Shown: positions 31,049-41,674, numbered from the stretch's first letter. The stretch: DNA of 64,000 nucleotides from Candidatus Bathyarchaeota archaeon (GCA_963702095.1 OY969706.1:608001-672000), one strand, 5' to 3'. Notes: generated by a model not told the origin, from the sequence alone. Made by a program: numbers and translations.

Positions 31049-32905
31049 TTGGAGAAGACTCGTTTGTTCGGCTACGCAGGAAAAATCTTGTATGTTGATT
31101 TAACAACAGGAAAAACACGCACCGAAAAACTTCCACAAGAAACCGCAAAGAAATACGTTGGCGGCATAGGTTTAGGCATGTATTTGTGGTTGTCTAACTC
31201 AAAAGCGGCTGTAGAACCCCTAAGCCCCAGCAACCCGCTTGTTCTCGCGATTGGACCCTTATCTGGAACGATGTTTCCCACAGGAGGCAACGGACACGTT
31301 TTCGTTGCCAAGTCTCCCGTAACCAACGGAGTAGGCACAGCAGTAAGCCACGGCACCTTCGGAACCGAACTCAAACGAGCCGGATACGACGCTGTAATAA
31401 TCACTGGTAAAGCCAAAGAACCTGTTTACCTCTGGATCGACGATAACCGCATCCAACTTAAAGATGCCAACCACCTGTGGGGCAGATCCACGGGGGAAAC
31501 CGAAGAGGCTGTCATAGACGAGATCGGCGACTACTACGTCCGTGTAGCCTCCATCGGTTTAGCAGGTGAAAAACAGTCAAAAATCGCCAACATAATCAAT
31601 GACGTAACCCGTGCCGCCGGCAGAACCGGTTTAGGCGCTGTTATGGGCAGCAAAAACCTCAAAGCCATAGCTGTAAGGGGAACCCACGACGTCGCCATAG
31701 CGAAACCTGAAGAATTCTTCGATATAGTTCAAGATTTCCATGAACGCATGAAGGGTCCAGCGGCACAGAAACACCGCACAGTAGGCACAATCCAGAACCT
31801 CACCGTAAACAACGACTTAACATGTTTGCCGACAAACAACTTTAACGGTTCACACTTTCTCAACGCAGAAAAAATCAGCGCCGAAGTCCTAAATGAACAC
31901 TATATCAGAAAAATCATCGCCTGTAACTCATGCGCCATGCGGTGTGAACACGAAGCCTCCATTAGAGAAGGCACCTTCACAGGCACAATGGCACGTATGG
32001 AATATGACAACCTCTGGGCATTTGGCCCCAACTGTGGAGTCGACAACATAAACTACATAGTAAAAGCCTCTGAACTCTGCACTTCCTACGGTCTTGATGC
32101 GACAAGCACCGGCTCCGCCATTAGCTTCCTGATGGATTGCCATGAAAAGGGTTTATTGAGCCACGAAGAACTCGACGGCATCGACCCCCACTTCGGCAAT
32201 CAAAACGCTGTTTTCAACTTGGTGCACAAAATTGGTAAACGCGAGGGTATCGGCGAAAAACTTGCAGATGGCGTTAAGGTTGCTGCAGAGAAAATCGGCA
32301 AGAACTCCACCGAACTTGCCCTGCACATTAAGGGCTTAGAATTAACTGGTTATGACTTAAGGTGCCTTAAAACAACTGCTTTAGCTGAAGCTGTGTCTTT
32401 CCGGGGCGCTGATCACACCCGAAGCGGCGTGTACATCTTTGACGTGAAGGGCAGAGTTGACCGCTTGAAAGCTGAGAAGGGTCGAGGTAAACTTGTCAGA
32501 GACCACGAAAACATCTGTAACCTCTTAGATTCACTTATTGTTTGCAAGAACGCCAAAGGCACCTTTGACGAAGAATTTGCTGACATGGCAAAACTCTACA
32601 CTGCAGTTACAGGTTTTGAGGTTACTCCTCAAGATATGCGCCAAGCAGGCGACAGAATCCAAACCCTTGCTAAACTGATCAACCTCCGAGAAGGCTTAAC
32701 CCGCAAAGATGACAGTTTGCCATGGAAAATCCATAACCAACCAGTCATTGACGACGGCGCCGCCAAAGGTTCTGTTGTAACTAAAGAAGAGCTTGACTTG
32801 ATGCTTGACGATTACTATGAAGTCCGCGGCTGGAATAAAGAGGGTGCTCCAACAAAAGACACACTCAAAGAGTTAGATCTTGAGCAATTGGGAAGGGAGA
32901 ACTAG
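31049..32905 (+). CDS. aor: Tungsten-containing aldehyde:ferredoxin oxidoreductase, copy 1
   Basis: AGRTGLGAVMGSKNLKAI, CNSCAMRC, EYD and YYEVRGW motifs. Confidence 0.92.
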   Translation: MEKTRLFGYAGKILYVDLTTGKTRTEKLPQETAKKYVGGIGLGMYLWLSNSKAAVEPLSPSNPLVLAIGPLSGTMFPTGGNGHVFVAKSPVTNGVGTAVSHGTFGTELKRAGYDAVIITGKAKEPVYLWIDDNRIQLKDANHLWGRSTGETEEAVIDEIGDYYVRVASIGLAGEKQSKIANIINDVTRAAGRTGLGAVMGSKNLKAIAVRGTHDVAIAKPEEFFDIVQDFHERMKGPAAQKHRTVGTIQNLTVNNDLTCLPTNNFNGSHFLNAEKISAEVLNEHYIRKIIACNSCAMRCEHEASIREGTFTGTMARMEYDNLWAFGPNCGVDNINYIVKASELCTSYGLDATSTGSAISFLMDCHEKGLLSHEELDGIDPHFGNQNAVFNLVHKIGKREGIGEKLADGVKVAAEKIGKNSTELALHIKGLELTGYDLRCLKTTALAEAVSFRGADHTRSGVYIFDVKGRVDRLKAEKGRGKLVRDHENICNLLDSLIVCKNAKGTFDEEFADMAKLYTAVTGFEVTPQDMRQAGDRIQTLAKLINLREGLTRKDDSLPWKIHNQPVIDDGAAKGSVVTKEELDLMLDDYYEVRGWNKEGAPTKDTLKELDLEQLGREN

Positions 32906-32909
32906 GAAT

Positions 32910-33413
32910 ATGGTATCGATTCATAATAGGAAATTCATCACCGTTGACGCAGACAAATGTGTCGGCTGCCAAACCTGTGAATACGCCTGCTCCTATAGCC
33001 ACGAAAAAGTGTTCAACGCAGTCAAATCCCGCATTCGCGTCGTCCGATCGAAGCAGACTAAAAACATAGCTCTCACCTGCAGAAAATGCATGGATCCCGC
33101 ATGCGTTGCTGCTTGCCCCCGAGATGCTCTTTCGCAGTCACTTGATACTGGCAACATAATAATCGATAAAGACCAATGCAACGGCTGTGGCTGGTGTATT
33201 GAAGCCTGTAGCTATGGTGCTGTGATGATTCATCCGGAAACGAAAACTGTCTATGTGTGTGATTTATGCCAGTTTAAACCTGAGGGTCCTCAATGTGTGA
33301 TGTGGTGCCCTGAAGAAGCATTGACAGTTGTGACAAGTGACGTGCAAGCGCAGAAGGCACGGCTTAACGCTATCAAGAAACTCTTCCAAACCCACGAAGA
33401 CGATGAAAAGTAG
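32910..33413 (+). CDS. 4Fe-4S dicluster electron-transfer subunit, copy 1
   Basis: CxxCxxCxxxC ferredoxin motifs. Confidence 0.88.
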   Translation: MVSIHNRKFITVDADKCVGCQTCEYACSYSHEKVFNAVKSRIRVVRSKQTKNIALTCRKCMDPACVAACPRDALSQSLDTGNIIIDKDQCNGCGWCIEACSYGAVMIHPETKTVYVCDLCQFKPEGPQCVMWCPEEALTVVTSDVQAQKARLNAIKKLFQTHEDDEK

Positions 33414-33595
33414 GGGAAACATCGGTTAACTGCAGAGTCATCTTTCTAATTTTTGTTTTACGCCCCTTTTCGAACTTACTGAATGGTACATTCGGATGAA
33501 GGTATGTTATTCCCGTAAATTTTTAGTCGAAGAACCCACTAGATTAATATAGCTTTTAACTGAAATTAGTACTCTAACCTCTCGGAGGGAAAAGG

Positions 33596-35453
33596 TTGCT
33601 CGGCTACGCAGGAACAATATTATATGTGGATCTTAGTACAGGCAAAACCCGCAAGGAAAAATTAACCGAAGAAACCGCCAAAAAATACGTTGGCGGAATC
33701 GGCTTAGGCATGAAACTCTACTTATCCAATTCAAAAGCAGGCGTAGACCCGCTTAGCGCGGAAAACCCGCTTGTTTTAGCTCTATGGCCCAATTTCAGGA
33801 ACAATGTTCCCAACAGGCGGAAACGGACACGCCTTCATATCCAAATCCCCCGCAACCGGCGGCGTCGGCGAAGCAGTAAGCCACGGCACCTTCGGCGCAG
33901 AACTAAAACGCGCAGGATACGACGCGGTTGTCTTAACTGGCAAAGCAGAGAAACCCGTTTACCTCTGGATAGACGATGATTCCATCCAAATCCTCGACGC
34001 AGCCAACATCTGGGGTAAATCACCCTGGGAAACCGAAGACGCCATTAAAGACGAGATCGGCGACTATTACGTCCGTGTAGCCTCCATCGGTTTAGCAGGT
34101 GAAAAACAAAGCAAAATAGCCTCCATCATAAACGATAAAACCCGTGCTGCCGGCAGAACTGGTTTAGGCGCTGTTATGGGCAGCAAAAACCTTAAAGCCA
34201 TAGCTGTAAGGGGAACCCACGATGTTTCAGTTGCGAAACCCGAAGAATTTATGGATATGGTTAGAGATTTCCATGAACGCATGAAGGGTCCAGCGGCACA
34301 GAAATACCGCACTGTAGGCACTGTTGAAAACATCCAAGTAGCCAACGACCTCTACTGTATGCCAACCCGCAACTACAACTCTTCACACTTCGACGACATA
34401 ACCAACATAAGCCCCGAAGAAATAAACGAACGCTTCATCGCAAAAATCATCGCTTGCAACTCATGTGCCATGCGATGTGAGCACGAAGCACTCGTCAGGG
34501 AGGGTCCCTACAAAGGCACCATAGCCCGATTGGAATACGATAACCTCTGGGCATTGGGACCAAACGTAGGCGTAGATCGGCTTGACGCAATCATCAAAGC
34601 TGCTGAACTCTGTAACTACTACGGATTAGACGCACAGAGCACAGGTGTAACAATTGCTTTCCTGATGGATTGCCATGAAAAAGGCATAATAAGCCACGAA
34701 GACCTTGGCGGAATCGACGCCCACTTCGGCAACGCAGATGCAGTTGTCCAACTTGTCGAAAAAATCGGCAAACGCGAAGGCATAGGCGACCTGCTTGCAG
34801 ACGGCGTAAAGGTTGCAGCTCAAAAAATCGGCAAAAACAGTGAGCACCTTGCCCAGCAAATCAAGGGTTTAGAAGTCACAGGTTACGACCTCAGATGCCT
34901 AAAAACCACCGCGTTAGGCGCAGCTGTTTCCTTCCGCGGAGCAGACCATAACCGCAGCGGCGTCTACGCATTAGACATGAAGGGTAAGGTTGACCGCACC
35001 AAAGCTGAGAGAGGCCGCGGTAAACTCGTTAAAGAAAACGAGGACATCTTGGCAGTTATCGATTCACTTATTGTATGCAAAAACTCCAAAGCCACCTTCT
35101 ACAAGGAACTTGCTGAAATGGCAAAACTCTACAGTGCAGTTACTGGTCTAGAGATGTCTGCAGACGAAATCGGTGTTGCAGGCGAACGTATAATTACCCT
35201 CGCCAAACTCATCAACGCCCGCGAAGGCTTAACCCGAAGCGACGACACATTACCTTGGAAAGTGCTAAATCAACCCGTAACTGACGATGGACCCGCCAAA
35301 GGAGCTGTTGTAACCCAAGAGGAACTTGACCTCTTACTGGACGATTACTATCATGCCCGCGGCTGGACTGTTGAAGGCTTCCCCACTAAAGCCAAACTCC
35401 AAGAGTTAGGCTTGCAGGAATACGCAAATCTAGTTGAAGGAAAAGAGGCGTAA
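33596..35453 (+). CDS. aor: Aldehyde:ferredoxin oxidoreductase, copy 2; 1-nt frameshift at ~33785
   Basis: Removing one base at ~33785 joins the start of 33596-33979 to 33804-35453, collinear with copy 1. Confidence 0.85.
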
Positions 35454-35458
35454 AAAAA

Positions 35459-35959
35459 ATGGTTAAAATTCACAACAGAAAATTCATTTCTGCTGATCCA
35501 GAAAAATGCGTCGGCTGTCAAGTCTGTGAATACGCTTGCTCCATGAACAAAGAAAAAGCTTTCAATCCACTTAAATCACGCATCCGCCTAGTTCGCGTTA
35601 ACCAACTTGCCAACATGGCTGTCACCTGCAGACTCTGCGAAGACCCTGCATGCGTCGCAGCTTGCCCCAGAGGTGCACTCTCACAAGCAGAAGACACAGG
35701 TAACATCGTTTTAGACAAAGACAAATGCAACGGCTGCGGCTGGTGCATTGAAGCATGCGACTACGGCGCCATGATGCTGCACCCCGAAACCAAAGTCGTC
35801 TACGTATGCGACCTCTGCAAAGACAAAGCTGACGGGCCACAATGCGTGAAGTGGTGCCCCGAAGAAGCCTTAACCGTGGTCACAAGCGATACTTTGGCGC
35901 AGAAAGCAAGAATCAGCGCGATCAAGAAGCTCTTCCAAGAAAAAGAAGAGAAACAGTAA
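35459..35959 (+). CDS. 4Fe-4S dicluster electron-transfer subunit, copy 2
   Basis: Paralog of 32910-33413. Confidence 0.88.
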   Translation: MVKIHNRKFISADPEKCVGCQVCEYACSMNKEKAFNPLKSRIRLVRVNQLANMAVTCRLCEDPACVAACPRGALSQAEDTGNIVLDKDKCNGCGWCIEACDYGAMMLHPETKVVYVCDLCKDKADGPQCVKWCPEEALTVVTSDTLAQKARISAIKKLFQEKEEKQ

Positions 35960-35994
35960 ATTCGGGCTTTTTGCCCGCCACCCAATTTTGTTCT

Positions 35995-36115
35995 CTACAT
36001 TCCGCCCATATGCTCCTCTTTGCAATGGCCTTTCATAATCCTCACGGGTGTCGAATTCTTTGTTGTCTGTTTTGCATTTGTATTTGCCTTTTGAAGTTAT
36101 TTCGGGGGCTGGCAT
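35995..36115 (-). CDS. 39-aa C2H2-like zinc-finger microprotein (needs one base removed at ~36028)
   Basis: Corrected read: MPAPEITSKGKYKCKTDNKEFDTREDYERHCKEEHMGGM*. Confidence 0.55.
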
Positions 36116-36282
36116 ATTCTCTTTATTCTCCAAAACATTCACCTCCCAAACAACAGGAAAACTACGCGTAATACTCAGAAACCTTGATTCATAAAGCTGT
36201 GTGACTGCAATAAACCAACAATAAATCCTGATTCTCAGGCTATATAGGGCAATTATATAGCGCTTCGAATCCGAACAGGAAA

Positions 36283-38061
36283 TTAAACGATTTTTTCAAG
36301 GTCACAGAGGAACCGTTCAAACACTTTTATGCCGCCCCTCCAGAAATCAGGCGCCGACAAATCCAACCCGACAACCGTGCCCAATTCCCTGGGTGATTTG
36401 CTGCTGCCTGCTGAGAGTAAAGCCATCAGTTTGGGCACAAATGCCTTGCCTTCCTCTAGATACCTCTCGTAGAGCGAGTACACGAACATCTGGGCGTAAA
36501 CGTAGGGGTAGTTGTAGAATCGGTAGTTTGCCATGTAATAATGCGGTTTCATAGTCCATTCTGCTTCCATCTCTGGGAACCATGTGACGGCGTCGCCGTA
36601 GATGCGGTTGCGAGCGTCTGTCCAGTGACGGCAGACGGTGGGGTAATCGAGAAATTCGCCTTTCTCGATGGAGGCGTAGAGCGCCTGCTCAAACCACACT
36701 CGAGCCGTAACCTGAAATGCAGTCATGCCTGCCTCATCTAAAACCAGACAAAGCAGCGCCTTGCGCTGAGCATCAGACTTGGCACCGTCAAACATCAAAT
36801 CCGTTAGCAAGAGTTCACCGAAAATCGATGCAGTCTCAGCTACGACAGAGGGCACATTGGTATTCAGTAGCGTCTGCGCTCTTGACATGTACCAGTCATG
36901 TGTGGCATGCCCCAACTCATGCGCCAAAGTAAAGACGTCGCTTAGTGTGCCGTTGAAACTCTGTAGGATATATGCGGTTTTGCCCTTGTAGTAGCTTGCA
37001 CAAAATGCGCCGTTGCGTTTTCCGAACCTTGGGCTTGCATCGATGTGCTGTTTTTGGAACATTTCCTGTACTGCAGAGGCGTAGTTTGGCTCGAAGCGAC
37101 TGTAGGCTTGAGTGATTCTTTCCTCTGCCTGCATATAAGTAAATTTCTGTTCAGGCGTATCAGGGAGCGGCGCAACGATGTCGTGGTTGCCCAGCACTGA
37201 CAAACCCATCAGTTTCGCCTTCAATTTGAGGTAGCGGCGATAGACTACGGAGCCCTCCTCCATGGTGAAGAGTAGGCGCTCGATTATGGCTTGTTCAGTG
37301 TCGTTGCTGATGAGGCTTGACTCCATGGGTGAGGTGTATTTTCGGCGTTTGGAAACGGTTACCCAGTCGTTGCAGATTGCTCTTAGCGCGGCTGAGAAGA
37401 TTTCGCCGTCTTTGCCCAGTAATCCATAGATGGAGCGGTTGACTGATTCGCGGGTGGCACGGTCAGGATTTGGCAGAAGCCCATTAGCTTCACCGTAGCT
37501 TAGCTGTTTCTTTTCACCTAAAACCACCACGTCGAACATGCGGGTATTGAGCCATTTACTCTGCAGCTCCTCCCAAGCATTCACGCCGAACTGATCCTTC
37601 TCAATGATAAGCTGCTCTTCCACCTCGCTGAGTTGATGCTCCACTCGACGTTGCACACGTTGCAGCATATGCCTATAATTCGCCAAAACCGGGTTCTCAA
37701 TCAACTCTGGCTTAGCCTTCACCAATTTGCCCAGCTCCAAAGAGTAAAACGCCAGTTGCTTGCTGATTTTAGCATCCAACTTGTCCACGCGGTCATGCAG
37801 CGTCTGGGTGGAGGGATGGGTCATGTCGGCGGAGAACGAGAGGCTTGAGAAAAGGGTTAGGTCTCTAAATTTGGCTTCAAACGCCTCGACTTCTTGGAGG
37901 CACTCCAGTAATGCCTCGGGTGATAGGGTGGCTATTTTTCCACGGTAGTTTTTTTCGAAGGTGTCTGTGTGGGCGGTGGTTTCATGGATGGCTTGTTCGA
38001 TTTTTGGGTCGGAGGGATCTGTGAAGAGGGAGGTTAGGTTCCATGTGATTTGGGCTGCCAA
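36283..38061 (-). CDS. pepF: Oligoendopeptidase F (M3B)
   Basis: WNL N-terminus, GKRNGAF, AHELGH, AETAS and FYNYPY motifs. Confidence 0.92.
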   Translation of the reverse strand: MAAQITWNLTSLFTDPSDPKIEQAIHETTAHTDTFEKNYRGKIATLSPEALLECLQEVEAFEAKFRDLTLFSSLSFSADMTHPSTQTLHDRVDKLDAKISKQLAFYSLELGKLVKAKPELIENPVLANYRHMLQRVQRRVEHQLSEVEEQLIIEKDQFGVNAWEELQSKWLNTRMFDVVVLGEKKQLSYGEANGLLPNPDRATRESVNRSIYGLLGKDGEIFSAALRAICNDWVTVSKRRKYTSPMESSLISNDTEQAIIERLLFTMEEGSVVYRRYLKLKAKLMGLSVLGNHDIVAPLPDTPEQKFTYMQAEERITQAYSRFEPNYASAVQEMFQKQHIDASPRFGKRNGAFCASYYKGKTAYILQSFNGTLSDVFTLAHELGHATHDWYMSRAQTLLNTNVPSVVAETASIFGELLLTDLMFDGAKSDAQRKALLCLVLDEAGMTAFQVTARVWFEQALYASIEKGEFLDYPTVCRHWTDARNRIYGDAVTWFPEMEAEWTMKPHYYMANYRFYNYPYVYAQMFVYSLYERYLEEGKAFVPKLMALLSAGSSKSPRELGTVVGLDLSAPDFWRGGIKVFERFLCDLEKIV

Positions 38062-38292
38062 TGTTTTTTTCCTCTTCCTATGTATATGTGCGGGGTTATT
38101 TTGCGTTTTGTTAGCTGCAGTTGTTTGCGTTTGTTAAGCGTTTTCTTGGTTACTCGTGTTTTTGTATGTTTAAACTTGACTTTTAAGCTATTGTATCTAT
38201 TTATTATGTTGTTTTATGAACAAGTGTGAAGAGTTCTCAACTACCCTTTTAAAAGCAGTTTCCCATCCCATACATTAAAGGAGTAAAAAACC

Positions 38293-39147
38293 ATGGAACA
38301 ACTCGCAATATGTACAGAAGCCGAAGAGCCAAGCACCTCCCTGCTTAGCTACACCAAAGCTCAAGCGCAAAAAAAGAGTTGCGCCAGCATGCTAGAGGAG
38401 CATCCACGCCTCGACGTTGGACGCTTCAAATTCAGCAAGCTCAAATTGGTAGTAACATCCCCCAGCAACGTCGGCAACAACTATTGCGACCCCAAAAACA
38501 CCAAACCAAAGGTGACATCAGCAAAAGAAAGCATCGCACAAATCCGCTCCGCCGCCAAAAACGACCCCCGCCTCCGCGTAATCGAAGTTTCTGGTTCAGG
38601 CGACGCATTAACAAGCAACGTAACCTTCGAAATCCTCCGCATGGTCCGCAAAGAATTTCCCTATTTCACCACCTGCGTAGTCACCAACGGGTTGTTGCTG
38701 CCCAGAAAACTTGCTCTCCTACAAGACTTAGGCATCCACGCCATAAAAGTGACAGTGAACGCCGTTGACTCCTACGTTGGCCAGCAGATTTACAGTTACA
38801 TCCGCTTAAACGGCAAAACCCTGCGTGGCAGAGAAGCCTTTGAAGTGTTAAGCATAAACCAGCTTGAAGGCTTACGCAATGCCGCCGACGCCGGTTTGAT
38901 GGTGGAAGTTGACGCTGCCTACATTCCAGGCGTGAACTCGGAGCATCTGGTTGAAGTGGCAAGAATCGTGCGGAGCCTAGGCGCATATGTGATGGATATT
39001 ATGCCTCTTGACCAGTCGGTGGGATTTGCTGGTTTGGATGCGCCCTATTTGGAGGAGATGGTGAAGATTCGCCGTGACTGCGAGGATGTGGTCGCTTCCG
39101 AGGTGCTTCTGCATTCTTGGCCTGATGCATCATGCTATATCGCCTAA
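38293..39147 (+). CDS. NifB-like radical SAM-fold protein with a degenerate CxxxCxxC motif
   Basis: GSGDAL, TNGLLL, VTVNAVD and IPGVN blocks resemble short archaeal NifB, but the cluster motif reads SNVGNNYC. Confidence 0.7.
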   Translation: MEQLAICTEAEEPSTSLLSYTKAQAQKKSCASMLEEHPRLDVGRFKFSKLKLVVTSPSNVGNNYCDPKNTKPKVTSAKESIAQIRSAAKNDPRLRVIEVSGSGDALTSNVTFEILRMVRKEFPYFTTCVVTNGLLLPRKLALLQDLGIHAIKVTVNAVDSYVGQQIYSYIRLNGKTLRGREAFEVLSINQLEGLRNAADAGLMVEVDAAYIPGVNSEHLVEVARIVRSLGAYVMDIMPLDQSVGFAGLDAPYLEEMVKIRRDCEDVVASEVLLHSWPDASCYIA

Positions 39148-39294
39148 AACCTATAGTGGCAATCGCCCTGGAGTATGATTTCTCCCTTTTTTCACTGTGG
39201 ACCAAAAAGGGATGAAGCGGTTCTGCTTGTGGTTTGCTCCTCAACCAGCCAGTAATCCATTGGCGTCGCAGAACTCCAAACAGAATCATCTGCT

Positions 39295-39351
39295 AAGCCC
39301 ATAAGAAGATGATGAGCAAGGGCGACACTCTCTTCTTCTTAAACTAGAAAA
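39295..39351 (-). repeat. Partial, degenerate copy of repeat family A
   Basis: aagcccataagaagatgatgagcaagggcgac...actagaaaa matches 58904-58959. Confidence 0.6.
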
Positions 39352-39505
39352 CACAAAATAAATAAAAGCTGAAGCCTGTGGCAATAACAAACTATAGAAA
39401 ACAGATTCTAATTTAATCCACAACTCTTTCTTAGGTAATCCTGCTGGTGGCTTTGCAAAAGCTATTAATAATGACGGCTCGACTGTAACTTAAAACCGGC
39501 GTAGG

Positions 39506-40318
39506 GTGGCAGCATTGCTTGATCAACTATCAATTACCATTATTCTTGGGTTGATTCAGGGTTTCTCAGAATGGCTGCCCATATCTAGCACTGCGCATCT
39601 GCGAATTGCTGAGCACTTCATCGGTTTCCAAGCTACACCCTTGTTTAACGTTGTTTTGCATGCTGGAACTTTGGGAGTGGTGATTTTCTACTTTAGACAC
39701 GAGATAAAAGCGGTGCTTTCCGCGTTGGTGCACCTTGATTTTCACTCTGAATACGGTAGGTTCATCCCCCTACTCGTCGTCGCAACTATTCCCGGCGGCA
39801 TAATCGGCGTCTTATACAACATTTTTCTCTCTGACAACTACCAAACCCTCCTAATAATGGGTGTAACATTCCTCGTAGGCGCCGCTATAGTTTACTGCTC
39901 CAAATTCGCCAAGGAAAAAACGCCTCAAATTTCCTACAAAACTGCTCTTTTTATGGGAGTCGCGGAGGGTGCTGCAAGTTTTCCAGGGCTCTCCCGCAGC
40001 GGAGCCACCATAGCCACGGGGTTGCTTAGCGGCATAACGAGGGAGAGGGTTTTCACGTTTTCCTTTTTAGCTTCTATCCCCGCGATAATTGGCAACATAG
40101 GCGTAGACGCTTACTTGCAGAGGGGCAACTTTGTGGCGGAGAGCGCCCTGTTTAACCCTCTTTATCTTGCCGTGGGGCTAGCGGTTACTGCGGTTGCGGG
40201 GTACATTGCGATTGTTTTGGTGCGTAAACTGGTGCTTAGTAAAAAATTCTATTACTTCGCTATCTACACGTTTGCGCTTGGTGTTATTCTGATTGTTCTG
40301 TCATTCCTAGGCTATTAA
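39506..40318 (+). CDS. uppP: Undecaprenyl-diphosphate phosphatase (BacA/UppP)
   Basis: QGFSEWLPISSTAH and PGLSRSGAT motifs. Confidence 0.9.
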   Translation: MAALLDQLSITIILGLIQGFSEWLPISSTAHLRIAEHFIGFQATPLFNVVLHAGTLGVVIFYFRHEIKAVLSALVHLDFHSEYGRFIPLLVVATIPGGIIGVLYNIFLSDNYQTLLIMGVTFLVGAAIVYCSKFAKEKTPQISYKTALFMGVAEGAASFPGLSRSGATIATGLLSGITRERVFTFSFLASIPAIIGNIGVDAYLQRGNFVAESALFNPLYLAVGLAVTAVAGYIAIVLVRKLVLSKKFYYFAIYTFALGVILIVLSFLGY

Positions 40319-40397
40319 TAACGTAAAATTTAGTGGATAAAAATTGAAAAATAAAGGGTTAAGCTCCTTCTAAGTTAAACTTAGAATTGCTTTTTTC

Positions 40398-40580
40398 TTA
40401 ACATAATGCTTGCTCTATGGCTTGAAGCATTAATTTGCCGCCTACTTTGACGGTTAAGAGTTCTGTTCCGCAGACTGGGCAGGGAACAAACTCGTTTTGT
40501 CCTATAGCGTCGAATTCGAAGTTCTCACTGCATTGTGGGCAAGTGAACAGTATCGATGCTTGTAGTGTTTGGTTTTTCAT
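40398..40580 (-). CDS. Small Zn-ribbon protein (LysW-like fold, no EDWGE tail)
   Basis: CPQC...CPVCGTEL; purine-rich RBS (GGAGG) upstream. Confidence 0.6.
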   Translation of the reverse strand: MKNQTLQASILFTCPQCSENFEFDAIGQNEFVPCPVCGTELLTVKVGGKLMLQAIEQALC

Positions 40581-40806
40581 AGTTTTTCCTCCTGAAATGG
40601 TTTAATGTTTAGGTATGCAATTAAGCCTCTGAATGTAGTTGTCAGCAACTATATAGAAATAGCTTACTTGTATCTCTCCACATACAACACATAACTATGC
40701 TATTAACGTTTTTGTGAAACATTAAGCAAATAACATAACATTTTTACCTATGCATCGGCGACCCACGGGAAACGCTTATGGCTCCAGATATGCAAAGAAA
40801 TGAGCA

Positions 40807-41286
40807 GTGACAGAAATGCGGGATAAACGCTTTGTCGCCGAACACAGAGGCGGACCCCTAACAAAAACCCAGCATCGGCAACTAATGCAGTGGGCAATCC
40901 AATGCGCCAAGCATGTACGCCCACTTTTTGGGGAAAAAGTTGACCCACGCCTGGAAAACGCGCTGAAGGTAGCCGCGGCTTGGGAACACGAGGAAGCTTC
41001 GGTTGGCGATGCAAGAAACGCCGCTATTGCCGCACATGCTGTCGGGCGTGAATCATCCAATCCAGCGTCGGTAGCGGTTGCCCGTGCCGTGGGGCATGCT
41101 GTTGCAGTCGCTCACATGGCTGACCACTCGCTTGGAGCGGCACTGTATGCACTGAAAGCTGTGAAGGCTGCGGGTGGTTCGGTTGAGGCGGAGCAAAATT
41201 GGCAGCTTGAGCATTTGCCGGTTGATGTAAGGTACCTTGTTTTGTCAGCTCTGGAAGCGCCGAAGTTCAAGAAATTCAAAATCTAA
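40807..41286 (+). CDS. Imm5-like putative immunity protein
   Basis: WA..CA.HV, ARAVGHAVAVAH..H..GAALYA and E..WQ pattern. Confidence 0.7.
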   Translation: MTEMRDKRFVAEHRGGPLTKTQHRQLMQWAIQCAKHVRPLFGEKVDPRLENALKVAAAWEHEEASVGDARNAAIAAHAVGRESSNPASVAVARAVGHAVAVAHMADHSLGAALYALKAVKAAGGSVEAEQNWQLEHLPVDVRYLVLSALEAPKFKKFKI

Positions 41287-41303
41287 TCGCCCTTGCAAGG
41301 GGC

Positions 41304-41558
41304 TTAGTGCCGAAATTCTTTTTCAGCTGCGTCTGCCCGTTTTTGCAGCGTTAACTGGTAGTTATCAACCTGTTTTTCCGTCAAATCCCCTTTTTCGCTA
41401 TCCTCACTGAATAACTTAAAAAACTGTTTGTCGCCGAGTTTCGATAGGGCTTCGGTGAGTTGGTCGAGTTGCCTGCGGATGTTAGCGAGCTCCAAAGCTA
41501 AGGCCACGATGCACCTTTTTTCTTCCTCTGTCAAGACTGCTTTAGTCAACCATGTCAC
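41304..41558 (-). CDS. Antitoxin-like protein, divergent paralog of 41925-42155
   Basis: AVLTEEEKR...EL..IR...L.E.L..L.D aligns with AVFTDEDKR...ELPKLR...LKETLEILSD. Confidence 0.55.
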   Translation of the reverse strand: MTWLTKAVLTEEEKRCIVALALELANIRRQLDQLTEALSKLGDKQFFKLFSEDSEKGDLTEKQVDNYQLTLQKRADAAEKEFRH

Positions 41559-41630
41559 CGAGCAAAGATTACCACATACAAGGATTAGGCTCTATTAAAA
41601 ATTCACTGTAAAATTGGAGAGTGTAAATTA

Positions 41631-41674
41631 TGCTGTGGGGCGGGATTTGAACCTGCAAACCCCTGCGGGAAAGG
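41631..41674 (-). repeat. Degenerate duplicate of the tRNA-Leu 3' half (old att site)
   Basis: tgctgtggggcgggatttgaacctgcaaacccctgcgggaaagg versus 56603-56645 tgctacgggcaggattcgaacctgcgaacccctgcgggaaagg. Confidence 0.85.

Noticed and set aside
38293-39147. Evidence for nitrogen fixation
   Set aside because: The cluster ligands are missing and no nifHDK/EN genes are present in the window.
39506-40318. UppP in an archaeon as a novelty
   Set aside because: BacA/UppP homologs are already known in many archaea.
41631-41674. A second tRNA-Leu gene or split-tRNA half
   Set aside because: It is only a mutated 3' half with a disrupted acceptor and T stem and no CCA; better explained as an old att site.
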